Below are positions 1 through 6,705 of a stretch of DNA of 10,574 nucleotides, one piece after another (within the stretch, counting starts at the first letter, position 1; each line of letters starts with the position of its first letter). This stretch comes from Nitrososphaerota archaeon (GTDB lineage Archaea > Thermoproteota > Nitrososphaeria_A > Caldarchaeales > Calditenuaceae): assembly GCA_038741355.1 (NCBI GenBank), contig JAVYLC010000044.1, positions 1,662-12,235 of the forward strand, written 5' to 3'. Made by a program: the position numbers and the translations under genes. Below the pieces are notes generated by a model. The model was not told the DNA's origin. It searched no databases and saw only the letters and a list, made by a program, of their open reading frames with translations.

Positions 1-1112
1 TCCACCTCGACTACCTGGGGAGGGCCATCCCCCTATACCTCTCAACCATCCTCATGTCTATACTGCTCTCTCATGTGTTGGGGGTTTCGCGGAGTAGGAT
101 TGGGGAGAGGTGGGTTAGGCTGATAGGCTGGGCCCTGATGGCGCTTGTATCGACGCCGCTGGTTCTCCTAGCTCTACGGATAAAACCGCCCATGCTCCTA
201 GCGCCTCACCCCGCGCTTCTCATCTCATCCGCGATAGAGGCGCCCAGCGCGGCCATGCTGTGGATGCTCCCCTACCTAGCGCTGCTAGGCCTCGCATACC
301 TCCACCTTTCCAAGACCAACTTCTACTCCTCAGTCTCACCCATACTCTTCTCAGTGCTGATGGAGCCGCCCCGCAGGCTCTCGAGATACTTCAAGATACC
401 TGGGGTGGGAAGGGTCTTTGGGTTTGGGTCTGCGCGGAGCTACTTCTCGCTGATGTATAGGCTTCACCTCGTGAGGGTTGTTAGGGAGGGTAGCCTCTGG
501 ACCGGTGTGATGGTGCTTCTGTTCCTGACGCTGGCGAATACCGCTCTTCCTAGGCTGGTGGGTGTCGCCCAGTTCCCCGAGGTGGCAGAGCTGACGATGA
601 TCGCCCTCTATATCCCGCTGCTCCCCGCCCTACTCTCGATAAACTGGAGCATATCTGAGAGGCCTAACACGTGGGTCATCAGCCTATCACAGAGGGGTGA
701 GAGATACTATGTCTCAGGCCTCTTCCTCGCATACTTCACGGTAACCCTCCTCTTCTCACTCTTACTCTACGGATTGGTCTCTATAGGCTCCAGCGAGGCG
801 CCATTCCTCCTAGTCGACCTGGTTCTACTGCTGGCCATGTCGTGCTTCGGCTCCACCCTCTCAGTCCTCGTCTCACTCGTCATGAGGCTGGCTCCCTCGC
901 CCTTCTCCCTCGGCTCCCTACTCTACATCCTGATACCGCTCACAGGCTCAATCCTCCTCTCACTCCCAATACTCGTGGTCAGGCTCTTTGAACCGCTAGC
1001 CAGCTCGCCAACAGTAGTCCTCATGGCCAATATGATGGCGTACGTGGGGGTCTCTGCGGCGGTCTTATATAAGATCCTCACGGTGGCGGGTGTGAAATAT
1101 CTCATAGGCTAA
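1..1112 (+). CDS. Polytopic integral membrane protein of unknown function; the 5' end is probably outside the window
   Basis: The track ORF is 54..1112, but the frame stays open from nt 3 to 53 (HLDYLGRAIPLYLSTIL-MSILL...). The hydrophobic segment AIPLYLSTILMSILLSHVLGV spans the listed ATG. No TATA-like box occurs in nt 1-53. There are at least 8 hydrophobic helices. No catalytic motif was recognised; in particular there is no GxGD, so it does not look like a PibD/FlaK prepilin peptidase. Confidence 0.55.
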   Translation, partial: HLDYLGRAIPLYLSTILMSILLSHVLGVSRSRIGERWVRLIGWALMALVSTPLVLLALRIKPPMLLAPHPALLISSAIEAPSAAMLWMLPYLALLGLAYLHLSKTNFYSSVSPILFSVLMEPPRRLSRYFKIPGVGRVFGFGSARSYFSLMYRLHLVRVVREGSLWTGVMVLLFLTLANTALPRLVGVAQFPEVAELTMIALYIPLLPALLSINWSISERPNTWVISLSQRGERYYVSGLFLAYFTVTLLFSLLLYGLVSIGSSEAPFLLVDLVLLLAMSCFGSTLSVLVSLVMRLAPSPFSLGSLLYILIPLTGSILLSLPILVVRLFEPLASSPTVVLMANMMAYVGVSAAVLYKILTVAGVKYLIG

Positions 1113-1220
1113 CCACACCCCTCTGCCTCTATTTCCCAGCGGATTTTCCGAAGGACTACGCCTATAGGGGGAGAGAGTCGGGGCTCTTCCTTCTATCCCT
1201 GGCGGTTATATTGGAAATAT

Positions 1221-1250
1221 TTTTATAACTCGTTGGGATAGTGTATTTTC
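1221..1250 (+). promoter_or_regulatory. Archaeal promoter for the ATPase gene: TATA box plus an AT-rich proximal element
   Basis: TTTTATAA at 1221-1228 ends 27 nt before the TTG start at 1255, which implies a leaderless or near-leaderless mRNA. TGTATTTTC at 1242-1250 lies between the TATA box and the start. The same 9-mer is found at the equivalent place upstream of the pilin gene (5288-5296). Confidence 0.5.
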
Positions 1251-1254
1251 AAGA

Positions 1255-3153
1255 TTGGTTCAGGAGGCTAAGCAGGTAAAGGTTAAGGAGGAGAAAAAGA
1301 AGGGGAAGAAGGAGGAGCTGGTCAAGCAGTGGAGGGGTATAGATGTAAAGCCGCTGAACCCCTCCTTCGAGATTCTCGACAGATATGTTTTAAGGGAGAA
1401 GTATGCTGAGGTTATTATTGCCTCGCCGCCGGGGAGGGTTGTCGAGCCGATATACTTCGTGGTTGAGACGCCCCTCGCATCACAGGAGGAGGCTGCGCTG
1501 GAGAAGATAAAGGACATCCTGACAAAGGAGCTCGATATCCCCAAGATTGGCGAGGAGGAAGAGGTTAGAAAGGTTATTCACGAGACTACCATGAAGGTTA
1601 TGAAGAAGTATAGGAGGGCTATAGGTATTCCCTCACTATCGGATGAGCTGGTTCAGAAGTTCCTCTACTACATTGACAGGGACTTGATGGGTTTCGGGCC
1701 CCTCAACGTGATTATGGAGGACTACAAGGTTGAGGATATTTCGTGTGACGGCCTCAATATTCCGATCTATGTCTGGCACAGGGACTTCGAGAGCATGCCC
1801 ACCAACGTCTCCTTCAACGATAGGGAGGCCCTCGACGACTTTATCATCCACCTGGCTCACAAGGCGGGTAAGCACGTGTCGTCCGCCTTCCCGATTGTGG
1901 ACGCCATGATCTATGGGAAGCATAGGCTTGCGGCGACGTTTAGGGAGGAGATCTCTCCGCGGGGGAGCACCTTCACTATTAGGAAGTTTAGGGAGAAGCC
2001 CTTCAGCGTCACAGAGCTTATCCTCAGCAATGTCTTGAACAGCGAAATGGGCGCGTATTTCTGGCTTCTCCTAGAGAATAAGGCCAGCCTGATGCTTATA
2101 GGCGCGACAGGGAGTGGAAAAACCACTCTGCTTAACGCGCTTACCACGTTTATCAAGCCGAGGATGAAGATAGTTACCTGTGAGGAGACGGCCGAGATCA
2201 ACATTCCGAGGGATAACTGGGTGAGGTTTGTGACTAGGGAGAGCTATGGGTTGGGAGCAACGGAGAGGGGTGCGGTGGCTCTCTTCGACTTGGTAAAGAC
2301 GAGTCTGAGGTATAGGCCTGACTACTTGATAGTCGGCGAGGTTAGAGGTGAAGAGGCTTTCGTCTTGTTCCAGGCTATCGCGACTGGGCATGGAGGGTTG
2401 ACGACTGTTCACGCCGAGGATGTGGAGAGTGCTGTTAAGAGGCTTATGAGCCCACCTATGAATATTCCTGAGACTCATATCTCGCTGCTCGACGCTATGG
2501 CCCTGATTCAGAGGGTGCAGCTTCGTGGCAAGGCGCAGCTCTTCGGGAGGAGGGTCAGGTTTATCTGGGAGGTCGAAGACGCACACAGGTATAGGAAGAT
2601 AGCAGAGTGGGACACTGTTACAGACACCTTCCGAGTCAACTTTGCCAACAGTCTCCAACTCGAGAATATCTCGCTCATGAATGGCGTGAGTAAGGAGGAT
2701 TTAATGCTTGAGCTCTGGAGGAGGAAGGAGCTTCTCGAGTGGATGCGTGAGAACAAGATAACGGATAATGATAAGGTGGCCAGTATCATTCTCTCCTACT
2801 ATGCCGATCCGGAGAAGCTGATCGCCGAGGCTGGGATTACTGTGAGGAAGCCGCCGTTCCCTGTTGCTAGGAGGGCTGAGGCTGTTGCCCGACCTATTGC
2901 GGCTCCACCTGTGTCTGGGGGTTCTCCGCAACTGGCTGCTGCTAGCGTTAGTTTGGAGGAGTTGGAGAAGGAGATTAAGCCTATTGCCGACTATATTGTC
3001 GACGCTATCCTTAGGAGGAGCGGCCCGATTCCGTATTGGCAGATATTTGTGAAGACACCGTATCCGAGGGATGTGATTATTCGGGCTATGCGATACCTGA
3101 AGGAGAAGAAGAGGATCGACATTATCGGCGGCGTTGTTGAGCTTATGGAGTAG
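1255..3153 (+). CDS. Type IV pilus/archaellum-family secretion ATPase (FlaI / TadA / VirB11-GspE superfamily) with a C-terminal extension
   Basis: 632 aa. Walker A GATGSGKTT is at nt 2101-2127. Walker B/Asp box is RPDYLIVGEVRGEEA and the His box is TGHGGLTTVHA. The N-terminal domain is typical of FlaI-like proteins. TTG at 1255 is the only start codon between the upstream in-frame stop (1165-1167) and the conserved core. aa 531-566 form a Pro/Ala-rich linker and aa 567-632 form an extra small helical domain. Confidence 0.9.
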   Translation: MVQEAKQVKVKEEKKKGKKEELVKQWRGIDVKPLNPSFEILDRYVLREKYAEVIIASPPGRVVEPIYFVVETPLASQEEAALEKIKDILTKELDIPKIGEEEEVRKVIHETTMKVMKKYRRAIGIPSLSDELVQKFLYYIDRDLMGFGPLNVIMEDYKVEDISCDGLNIPIYVWHRDFESMPTNVSFNDREALDDFIIHLAHKAGKHVSSAFPIVDAMIYGKHRLAATFREEISPRGSTFTIRKFREKPFSVTELILSNVLNSEMGAYFWLLLENKASLMLIGATGSGKTTLLNALTTFIKPRMKIVTCEETAEINIPRDNWVRFVTRESYGLGATERGAVALFDLVKTSLRYRPDYLIVGEVRGEEAFVLFQAIATGHGGLTTVHAEDVESAVKRLMSPPMNIPETHISLLDAMALIQRVQLRGKAQLFGRRVRFIWEVEDAHRYRKIAEWDTVTDTFRVNFANSLQLENISLMNGVSKEDLMLELWRRKELLEWMRENKITDNDKVASIILSYYADPEKLIAEAGITVRKPPFPVARRAEAVARPIAAPPVSGGSPQLAAASVSLEELEKEIKPIADYIVDAILRRSGPIPYWQIFVKTPYPRDVIIRAMRYLKEKKRIDIIGGVVELME

Positions 3154-3179
3154 AGTGAGGGCGCCGGCCGCGACACTCT
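3152..3179 (+). terminator. Possible GC-rich hairpin directly after the ATPase stop codon
   Basis: AGAGTG (3152-3157) is complementary to CACTCT (3174-3179). The 16-nt loop is made of overlapping palindromes (GGCGCC, GCCGGC, CGGCCG) and is followed by CCTTATATT. No long oligo-T run follows, so a terminator function is uncertain. Confidence 0.25.
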
Positions 3180-3292
3180 CCTTATATTGCAAAAGAAGAG
3201 GAAATAGTGGAAGGTAGTTAGTGGCCGCCAACCAGACGACATTTGAGAGAGTCGGAGCTCAGAGAAAATCGCCTCAGAGCCAATCCGTGAGA

Positions 3293-3339
3293 TAATAGCT
3301 GAGGCAACCATCAGCGTTAAGGCGCTCAAACAGCTATTA
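3293..3339. repeat. 9-bp perfect inverted repeat (stem-loop) in the convergent intergenic spacer
   Basis: TAATAGCTG (3293-3301) pairs with CAGCTATTA (3331-3339) across a 29-nt loop. The loop contains a nested AGCG(3313-3316)/CGCT(3323-3326) mini-stem. Confidence 0.4.
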
Positions 3340-3409
3340 AATACAAGATGCGATGAGGCTAAGGTCATTATTTCTCCAAACCGACCGCCGGGGAGGAGAG
3401 TGAGCCTAC

Positions 3410-5182
3410 CTAAGTAGTCTGTAGCTCGAATAGCCCCACTGTTATGTTTCCTGACAGCCATATCGCGATTAGGGATATTACCGCCATTATTACTGCGTGT
3501 TTGAATCCGCCCGCTATTGTCGAGCCGGAGACCTTTCCGGCTACCAGTCCGCTTATGACGGCTATGATTATGACGGGTGGGAGGAAGAAGTGTATGAACT
3601 CTGCGGAGGAGATGCTTAGGCGGGCTAGTTTTAGTAGGCCCTTCATGAATGAGACTAGTATGACTACGACGACTATGAGTAGGACTGCTGTGAGGTAGGG
3701 GATTATCATGAGTGGCTTTAGTGTTGCGCGTTTCTGCCTCTCAATCTCTTCCAAGTCTTCTGAGAAGGATGCTAGGACTTCGAAGGTCTCTGGGGCTCCG
3801 CCGCCAACGTCTATCGCGTCTATCAGTATGAAGACTCCTGCTCTCTCGAGCCATCCATAGGTCCGTTTTGCGAAGTCTTCGTAGATCTTTCTGAGGGGCA
3901 TGCCCCACCCTATCTGTCGGGCCATTATCTTGAGGTGTTTGCTGAAGGCGCCGTAGGGGTTTCTTGAGAGGTCGATTATGCATCTCTCGGGGCTGAGACC
4001 TGTTTTTCTGACCTCTGTGATGTCTCTGAGGAAGAGTGTGAGGCCGTGGACGACTGAGAAGTTTTCGGAGCCGTATTTCTGGTATGCTACGGCGGCGGGT
4101 GTGAAGAGGATTACTGAGAAGAGGATGAGGGCTATGGAGGACTCGTAGCCCGCCTCTATTCCCATTAGTTTCCTGATCTGGACTATGATGGAGGAGGTTG
4201 TGTCGAATGGTGTTATGTATTGGAGGTCTGTGAGGAAGAAGGGTATTGCGAATAGTGCGAGGAATGTGAAGGCTGCGGGCATTGTGAGGTATAGGACCCT
4301 CATGGGTCGCGGGTCTCTGATCGGGTATTTGGGCTGGCTCATGTCTGCGAGGTATAGGAAGAAGATTGACATGAGTGGTAGGAATAGGTAGGCTATCATG
4401 GCGAATTGTTCTGAAGGCATTATGAGGAATTCAGTGGGGAGTGCTCTTGAGACTATGTAGATTGTGAAGAGGACTAGTGAGAGCATCATTGTTATTGCTG
4501 CGTATCCCTCCATCAGCATCCCCATCCTCTCGCCGACTATCCTCATCTTACCCATCCTGGACGTGAAGATCTGCTCTGTCTTTCTGATTAGGAAGTGGAC
4601 GACGTCGCCTCCGCTCCTTATTGTTGAGGCGTAGCCCATTAGGAGGTCTCGGTATTCCTTGCTTGGGAGGCCTTTGGCCATTTTCTCGATTGCTGAGACC
4701 GGGTCTAGTCCGCCTACCTTGACGTTTAGGTCTGCGAGCCTGGCAGCCTTTGCTATGTTAGGCATCAGCTGGCTCTGGGCCAGTCTGGATAGGCTCTTGT
4801 ATGGTGGGATTCCGCCTGTGGACATTACGGCTAGGTAGGCTGCGGCGTAGGGGACCTCGCTCTCGAAGAGTGTTGCCGCTGAGGAGGCCGCCATGTATGG
4901 CCAAGCCAGGCCTAGGCCTAGGGTGATTACCGGTATTGAGCCTAGGAGGCCTAGGGCCAATAGGCTGCCGGTGACCATGTATGTGAAGACTGCTAGGGGT
5001 ATGGAGATGGCTGCTGATATCACTGTGGCAGCAGCTACGAGGGAGGTGAAGACCTCGGGGTATATCCGTTTCCCGGCGCTCTCGAGTTTTGAGGGGATGG
5101 CTGGCGCAATCCTCAATAGGAGGGCTCCGAGGCTCCTGAAGTTGGAGTAGGAGAAGCTTGTGAAGCTCTCTGAGAAGCCCAT
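3410..5182 (-). CDS. FlaJ/TadC-family polytopic membrane platform protein of a type IV pilus-like system (two T2SSF-like repeats)
   Basis: Two cytoplasmic helical repeats sit between TM blocks. The first is ...PYAAAYLAVMSTGGIPPYKSLSRLAQ...GGLDPVSAIEKMAKGLPSKEYRDLLMGYASTIRSGGDVVHFL. The second is ...FLRDITEVRKTGLSPERCIIDLSRNPYGAFSKHLKIMARQIGWGMPLRKIYEDFA. It is paired with the ATPase. I place the start at the ATG at 5182 (MGFSESF..., 590 aa), because TTATATAT on the minus strand (5208-5215) lies 26 nt upstream of it. The track start at 5299 would overlap the pilin promoter. Confidence 0.85.
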   Translation of the reverse strand: MGFSESFTSFSYSNFRSLGALLLRIAPAIPSKLESAGKRIYPEVFTSLVAAATVISAAISIPLAVFTYMVTGSLLALGLLGSIPVITLGLGLAWPYMAASSAATLFESEVPYAAAYLAVMSTGGIPPYKSLSRLAQSQLMPNIAKAARLADLNVKVGGLDPVSAIEKMAKGLPSKEYRDLLMGYASTIRSGGDVVHFLIRKTEQIFTSRMGKMRIVGERMGMLMEGYAAITMMLSLVLFTIYIVSRALPTEFLIMPSEQFAMIAYLFLPLMSIFFLYLADMSQPKYPIRDPRPMRVLYLTMPAAFTFLALFAIPFFLTDLQYITPFDTTSSIIVQIRKLMGIEAGYESSIALILFSVILFTPAAVAYQKYGSENFSVVHGLTLFLRDITEVRKTGLSPERCIIDLSRNPYGAFSKHLKIMARQIGWGMPLRKIYEDFAKRTYGWLERAGVFILIDAIDVGGGAPETFEVLASFSEDLEEIERQKRATLKPLMIIPYLTAVLLIVVVVILVSFMKGLLKLARLSISSAEFIHFFLPPVIIIAVISGLVAGKVSGSTIAGGFKHAVIMAVISLIAIWLSGNITVGLFELQTT

Positions 5183-5302
5183 GACTCTAGTCCACAGTAT
5201 CCACACCATATATAAGAGTTGTTTTATAGAAATACGCCGGGATTTTCCACTGGAAGGGCTGGGAAGCAACACATATATCTGGGAGCCTGTATTTTCCACG
5301 TA
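5183..5302. promoter_or_regulatory. Divergent promoter region between the TadC-like gene and the pilin gene
   Basis: The minus-strand TATA box TTATATAT is at 5208-5215. The plus-strand ATATAT at 5273-5278 ends 25 nt before the pilin ATG at 5303. A further TTTTATAG lies at 5223-5230. Direct repeats are ATTTTCCAC x2 (5242-5250, 5291-5299) and TCCACA x2 (5191-5196, 5200-5205). There is a palindrome TTCCA-C-TGGAA at 5245-5255. Confidence 0.55.
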
Positions 5303-5704
5303 ATGATGATTCGGAGAAAGGCGGGTATAAGCCCGGTCGTCGCAACGGTGATTCTGGTCGCGGTGGCGATTGTTATAGCGATTGCGGTGGCCTTCTGGGC
5401 GTCGGGGCTTGTCGGAGTCTTCACCAGGTTCGAGAAGATCGAGATACAGACAGCCTACTGGGACGGTTCTAGAGTAATAGTGATTGCTAAGAACACGGGC
5501 TCAAGCCCAGCAGTAGTAGACATGATACTAGTAAACGGACTACCATGCAGTACAGGTCTGACTAACCAGCTGTCGGTAGGAGGCACGTTCAGCTGGACTA
5601 TATCTCCAGGCGCCACCTGCGTTCGGACAGGCGGGATAACAAACGAAATAGCCCTCCACACGACTAGCGGCAAAACCTACCCTGTAGCAGTCCTAGTACC
5701 GTAA
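5303..5704 (+). CDS. Archaeal type IV pilin-like protein with a class III (prepilin-type) signal peptide; candidate major pilin
   Basis: 133 aa. The N-terminus is MMIRRKAG-ISPVVATVILVAVAIVIAIAVAFW: a short basic leader, then the SPV[IV]ATVIL-type motif and a hydrophobic helix typical of archaeal pilin N-termini. This is followed by a beta-rich Ser/Thr/Gly-rich domain (VIVIAKNTGSSPAVVDMILVNG...). It has its own TATA box and an oligo-T tract downstream. The ATG at 5303 is chosen over the track start at 5219. Confidence 0.8.
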   Translation: MMIRRKAGISPVVATVILVAVAIVIAIAVAFWASGLVGVFTRFEKIEIQTAYWDGSRVIVIAKNTGSSPAVVDMILVNGLPCSTGLTNQLSVGGTFSWTISPGATCVRTGGITNEIALHTTSGKTYPVAVLVP

Positions 5705-5715
5705 AACTACCCGAG

Positions 5716-5730
5716 TATTTTTATTGTTTT
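5716..5730 (+). terminator. Oligo-T tract, a candidate archaeal intrinsic terminator after the pilin gene
   Basis: TATTTTTATTGTTTT has a T5 run at 5718-5722 and a T4 run at 5727-5730, beginning 12 nt after the pilin stop codon. Confidence 0.45.
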
Positions 5731-5802
5731 ACCGCAACAGCTAGCATCTCTCATATAGAGTGTAATGTTTATGACCAATGCGGCACAGGGCAATTAGGGG
5801 GG

Positions 5803-6705
5803 GTGTCTTTAAACAGGGGCAAGCGCCTCCGAGCACTGGTAGTCATATGCGCATACAACGAGGAGGCGAGCATAGCCGCGCCGGTCTCCCAGGCTGTCAG
5901 GGAAGGGTTCGATGTCCTAGTAGTGGATGATGGGAGCGAAGACAGGACAGCACAGATCGCCGAGAAAAAAGGAGCCGTCGTAGTCAGAAACCCTGAGAGG
6001 AGTGGAAAAGCCGCCGCCCTGAGCAGAGCAATAGACTACGCAAAGACCCACGGCTATGACGCAATAATAGAGATAGATGCAGACGCAATACCAACGCCGG
6101 GAAGCATAACCAAACTATACCACCACCTCGCCCCACCAAGCGTAGGAGCAGTCTCCGCCCTCCAGATACCATTAGGAACTGGACTAGCATACAAAATAGA
6201 CGAACTCATGTGGAGCATACTAGCCGTAGGAAAATCACTACAACAACGCCTAAACCGCCCAGTCCACCTAGGAGCAGTAATGTACGGAGTAAAACTAGCA
6301 CACATCCAGAAGGTCATGGAAGTCATAAATGACGACGAGTTCATAGGAATACTTGTACGCAGGGACGGCAAGCAGAACTACTTCGCAGAAGACTGCATAG
6401 CTTATTTCGACGCATCTGCATCGATAAGACACCTCTTCAATAGAAGGAAGCGCATGATAATGGGACACCTACAACTTAAAGGATCCACAGCCCCCAGCAT
6501 GCAGCCCAACATACTTGCAGAGGCAACACTTCTCGCAATAATCAAAAAACCTTCAAGGATAACATGGTTAATACCAGCTATGACGATCGAAATAGCTGCA
6601 CGCCTTACAGCATTAAGAGACTCACGGAAAACACGAAAACTCCAAGAATACGCAAAATGGCACACACACGGGTTGAAAAAACCAATACAAACCCAAGCAA
6701 TATGA
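5803..6705 (+). CDS. Family 2 (GT-A fold) glycosyltransferase, possibly a polyprenol/dolichol-phosphate sugar synthase (DPM1/AglD/ArnC/GtrB-like)
   Basis: 300 aa. The N-terminus ALVVICAYNEEASI, then VLVVDDGSEDRT, then RNPERSGKAAALSRAI, then the DxD motif IEIDADA together form the classic GT2 signature order. The GTG start is preceded by a G-rich run (AGGGGGG). Confidence 0.8.
   Translation: MSLNRGKRLRALVVICAYNEEASIAAPVSQAVREGFDVLVVDDGSEDRTAQIAEKKGAVVVRNPERSGKAAALSRAIDYAKTHGYDAIIEIDADAIPTPGSITKLYHHLAPPSVGAVSALQIPLGTGLAYKIDELMWSILAVGKSLQQRLNRPVHLGAVMYGVKLAHIQKVMEVINDDEFIGILVRRDGKQNYFAEDCIAYFDASASIRHLFNRRKRMIMGHLQLKGSTAPSMQPNILAEATLLAIIKKPSRITWLIPAMTIEIAARLTALRDSRKTRKLQEYAKWHTHGLKKPIQTQAI

Noticed and set aside
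1142-1152. GATTTTCC/TTTTCCGAA as a promoter-specific regulatory motif (also at 5241-5248 and, on the minus strand, 8116-8124)
   Set aside because: The same 6-8-mers recur inside coding sequence: 2113-2122, 6001-6010, 6226-6233 and 6953-6960 on the minus strand. Some of these arise from S-G-K codons, so the short motif is not specific.
1260-3231. Several minus-strand ORFs antisense to the ATPase (1260..1544, 1636..1923, 1911..2204, 2071..2658, 2508..2789, 2701..3231) and the plus-strand ORF 2864..3052
   Set aside because: They all overlap a strongly supported ATPase gene with intact Walker and His-box motifs. Their translations are Ser/Leu/Arg/Pro-rich low-complexity sequences, typical of non-coding frames of a purine-rich gene.
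3154-3409. C/D box sRNA in the spacer
   Set aside because: Only degenerate C-like boxes are present (GCGATGA on the plus strand, CTGATGG on the minus strand). CTGA boxes occur at spacings incompatible with the C/D'/C'/D layout of roughly 12-nt guides.
2991-3461. Minus-strand 156-aa ORF spanning the convergent spacer
   Set aside because: It would overlap the 3' ends of both the ATPase and the TadC-like gene in antisense. I recognised no motif and no promoter for it. Part of it is retained only as the open-frame oddity described in the spacer finding.
3495-3512. tRNA T-loop-like GTTTGAATCC
   Set aside because: The flanking bases do not form a T-stem and no acceptor or anticodon arms are present. 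The sequence lies inside the TadC-like CDS.
3444-5150. Plus-strand ORFs inside the TadC-like gene (3444..3698, 4185..4391, 4893..5150) and the alternate-frame minus-strand ORF 3741..3983
   Set aside because: They lie antisense to, or in an alternate frame of, a well-supported membrane protein gene, and their composition is Arg/Gly/Met-rich and not protein-like.
5183-5299. N-terminal 39 codons of the track ORF 3410..5299 (MENTGSQIYVLLPSPSSGKSRRISIKQLLYMVWILWTRV)
   Set aside because: The extension would run through the divergent promoter, including both TATA-like boxes, and end 4 nt from the pilin ATG. The ATG at 5182 has a TATA box 26 nt upstream, and the protein then begins in the way typical of FlaJ/TadC proteins.
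5219-5302. N-terminal 28 codons of the track ORF 5219..5704
   Set aside because: A prepilin needs a short basic leader directly before the hydrophobic helix. MMIRRKAG at 5303 provides one, and the upstream residues overlap promoter elements.
1255-5704. Calling the locus an archaellum (fla) operon
   Set aside because: No FlaH, FlaG/FlaF or FlaX-like genes are present and there is no co-directional fla gene order. The pilin is short (133 aa) and its N-terminus is pilin-like rather than archaellin-like.
6564-6701. N-terminal 46 codons of the track ORF 6564..7628
   Set aside because: This stretch lies entirely within the 3' end of the GT2 gene in another frame. The ATG at 6702 gives a classic ATGA stop/start overlap instead.
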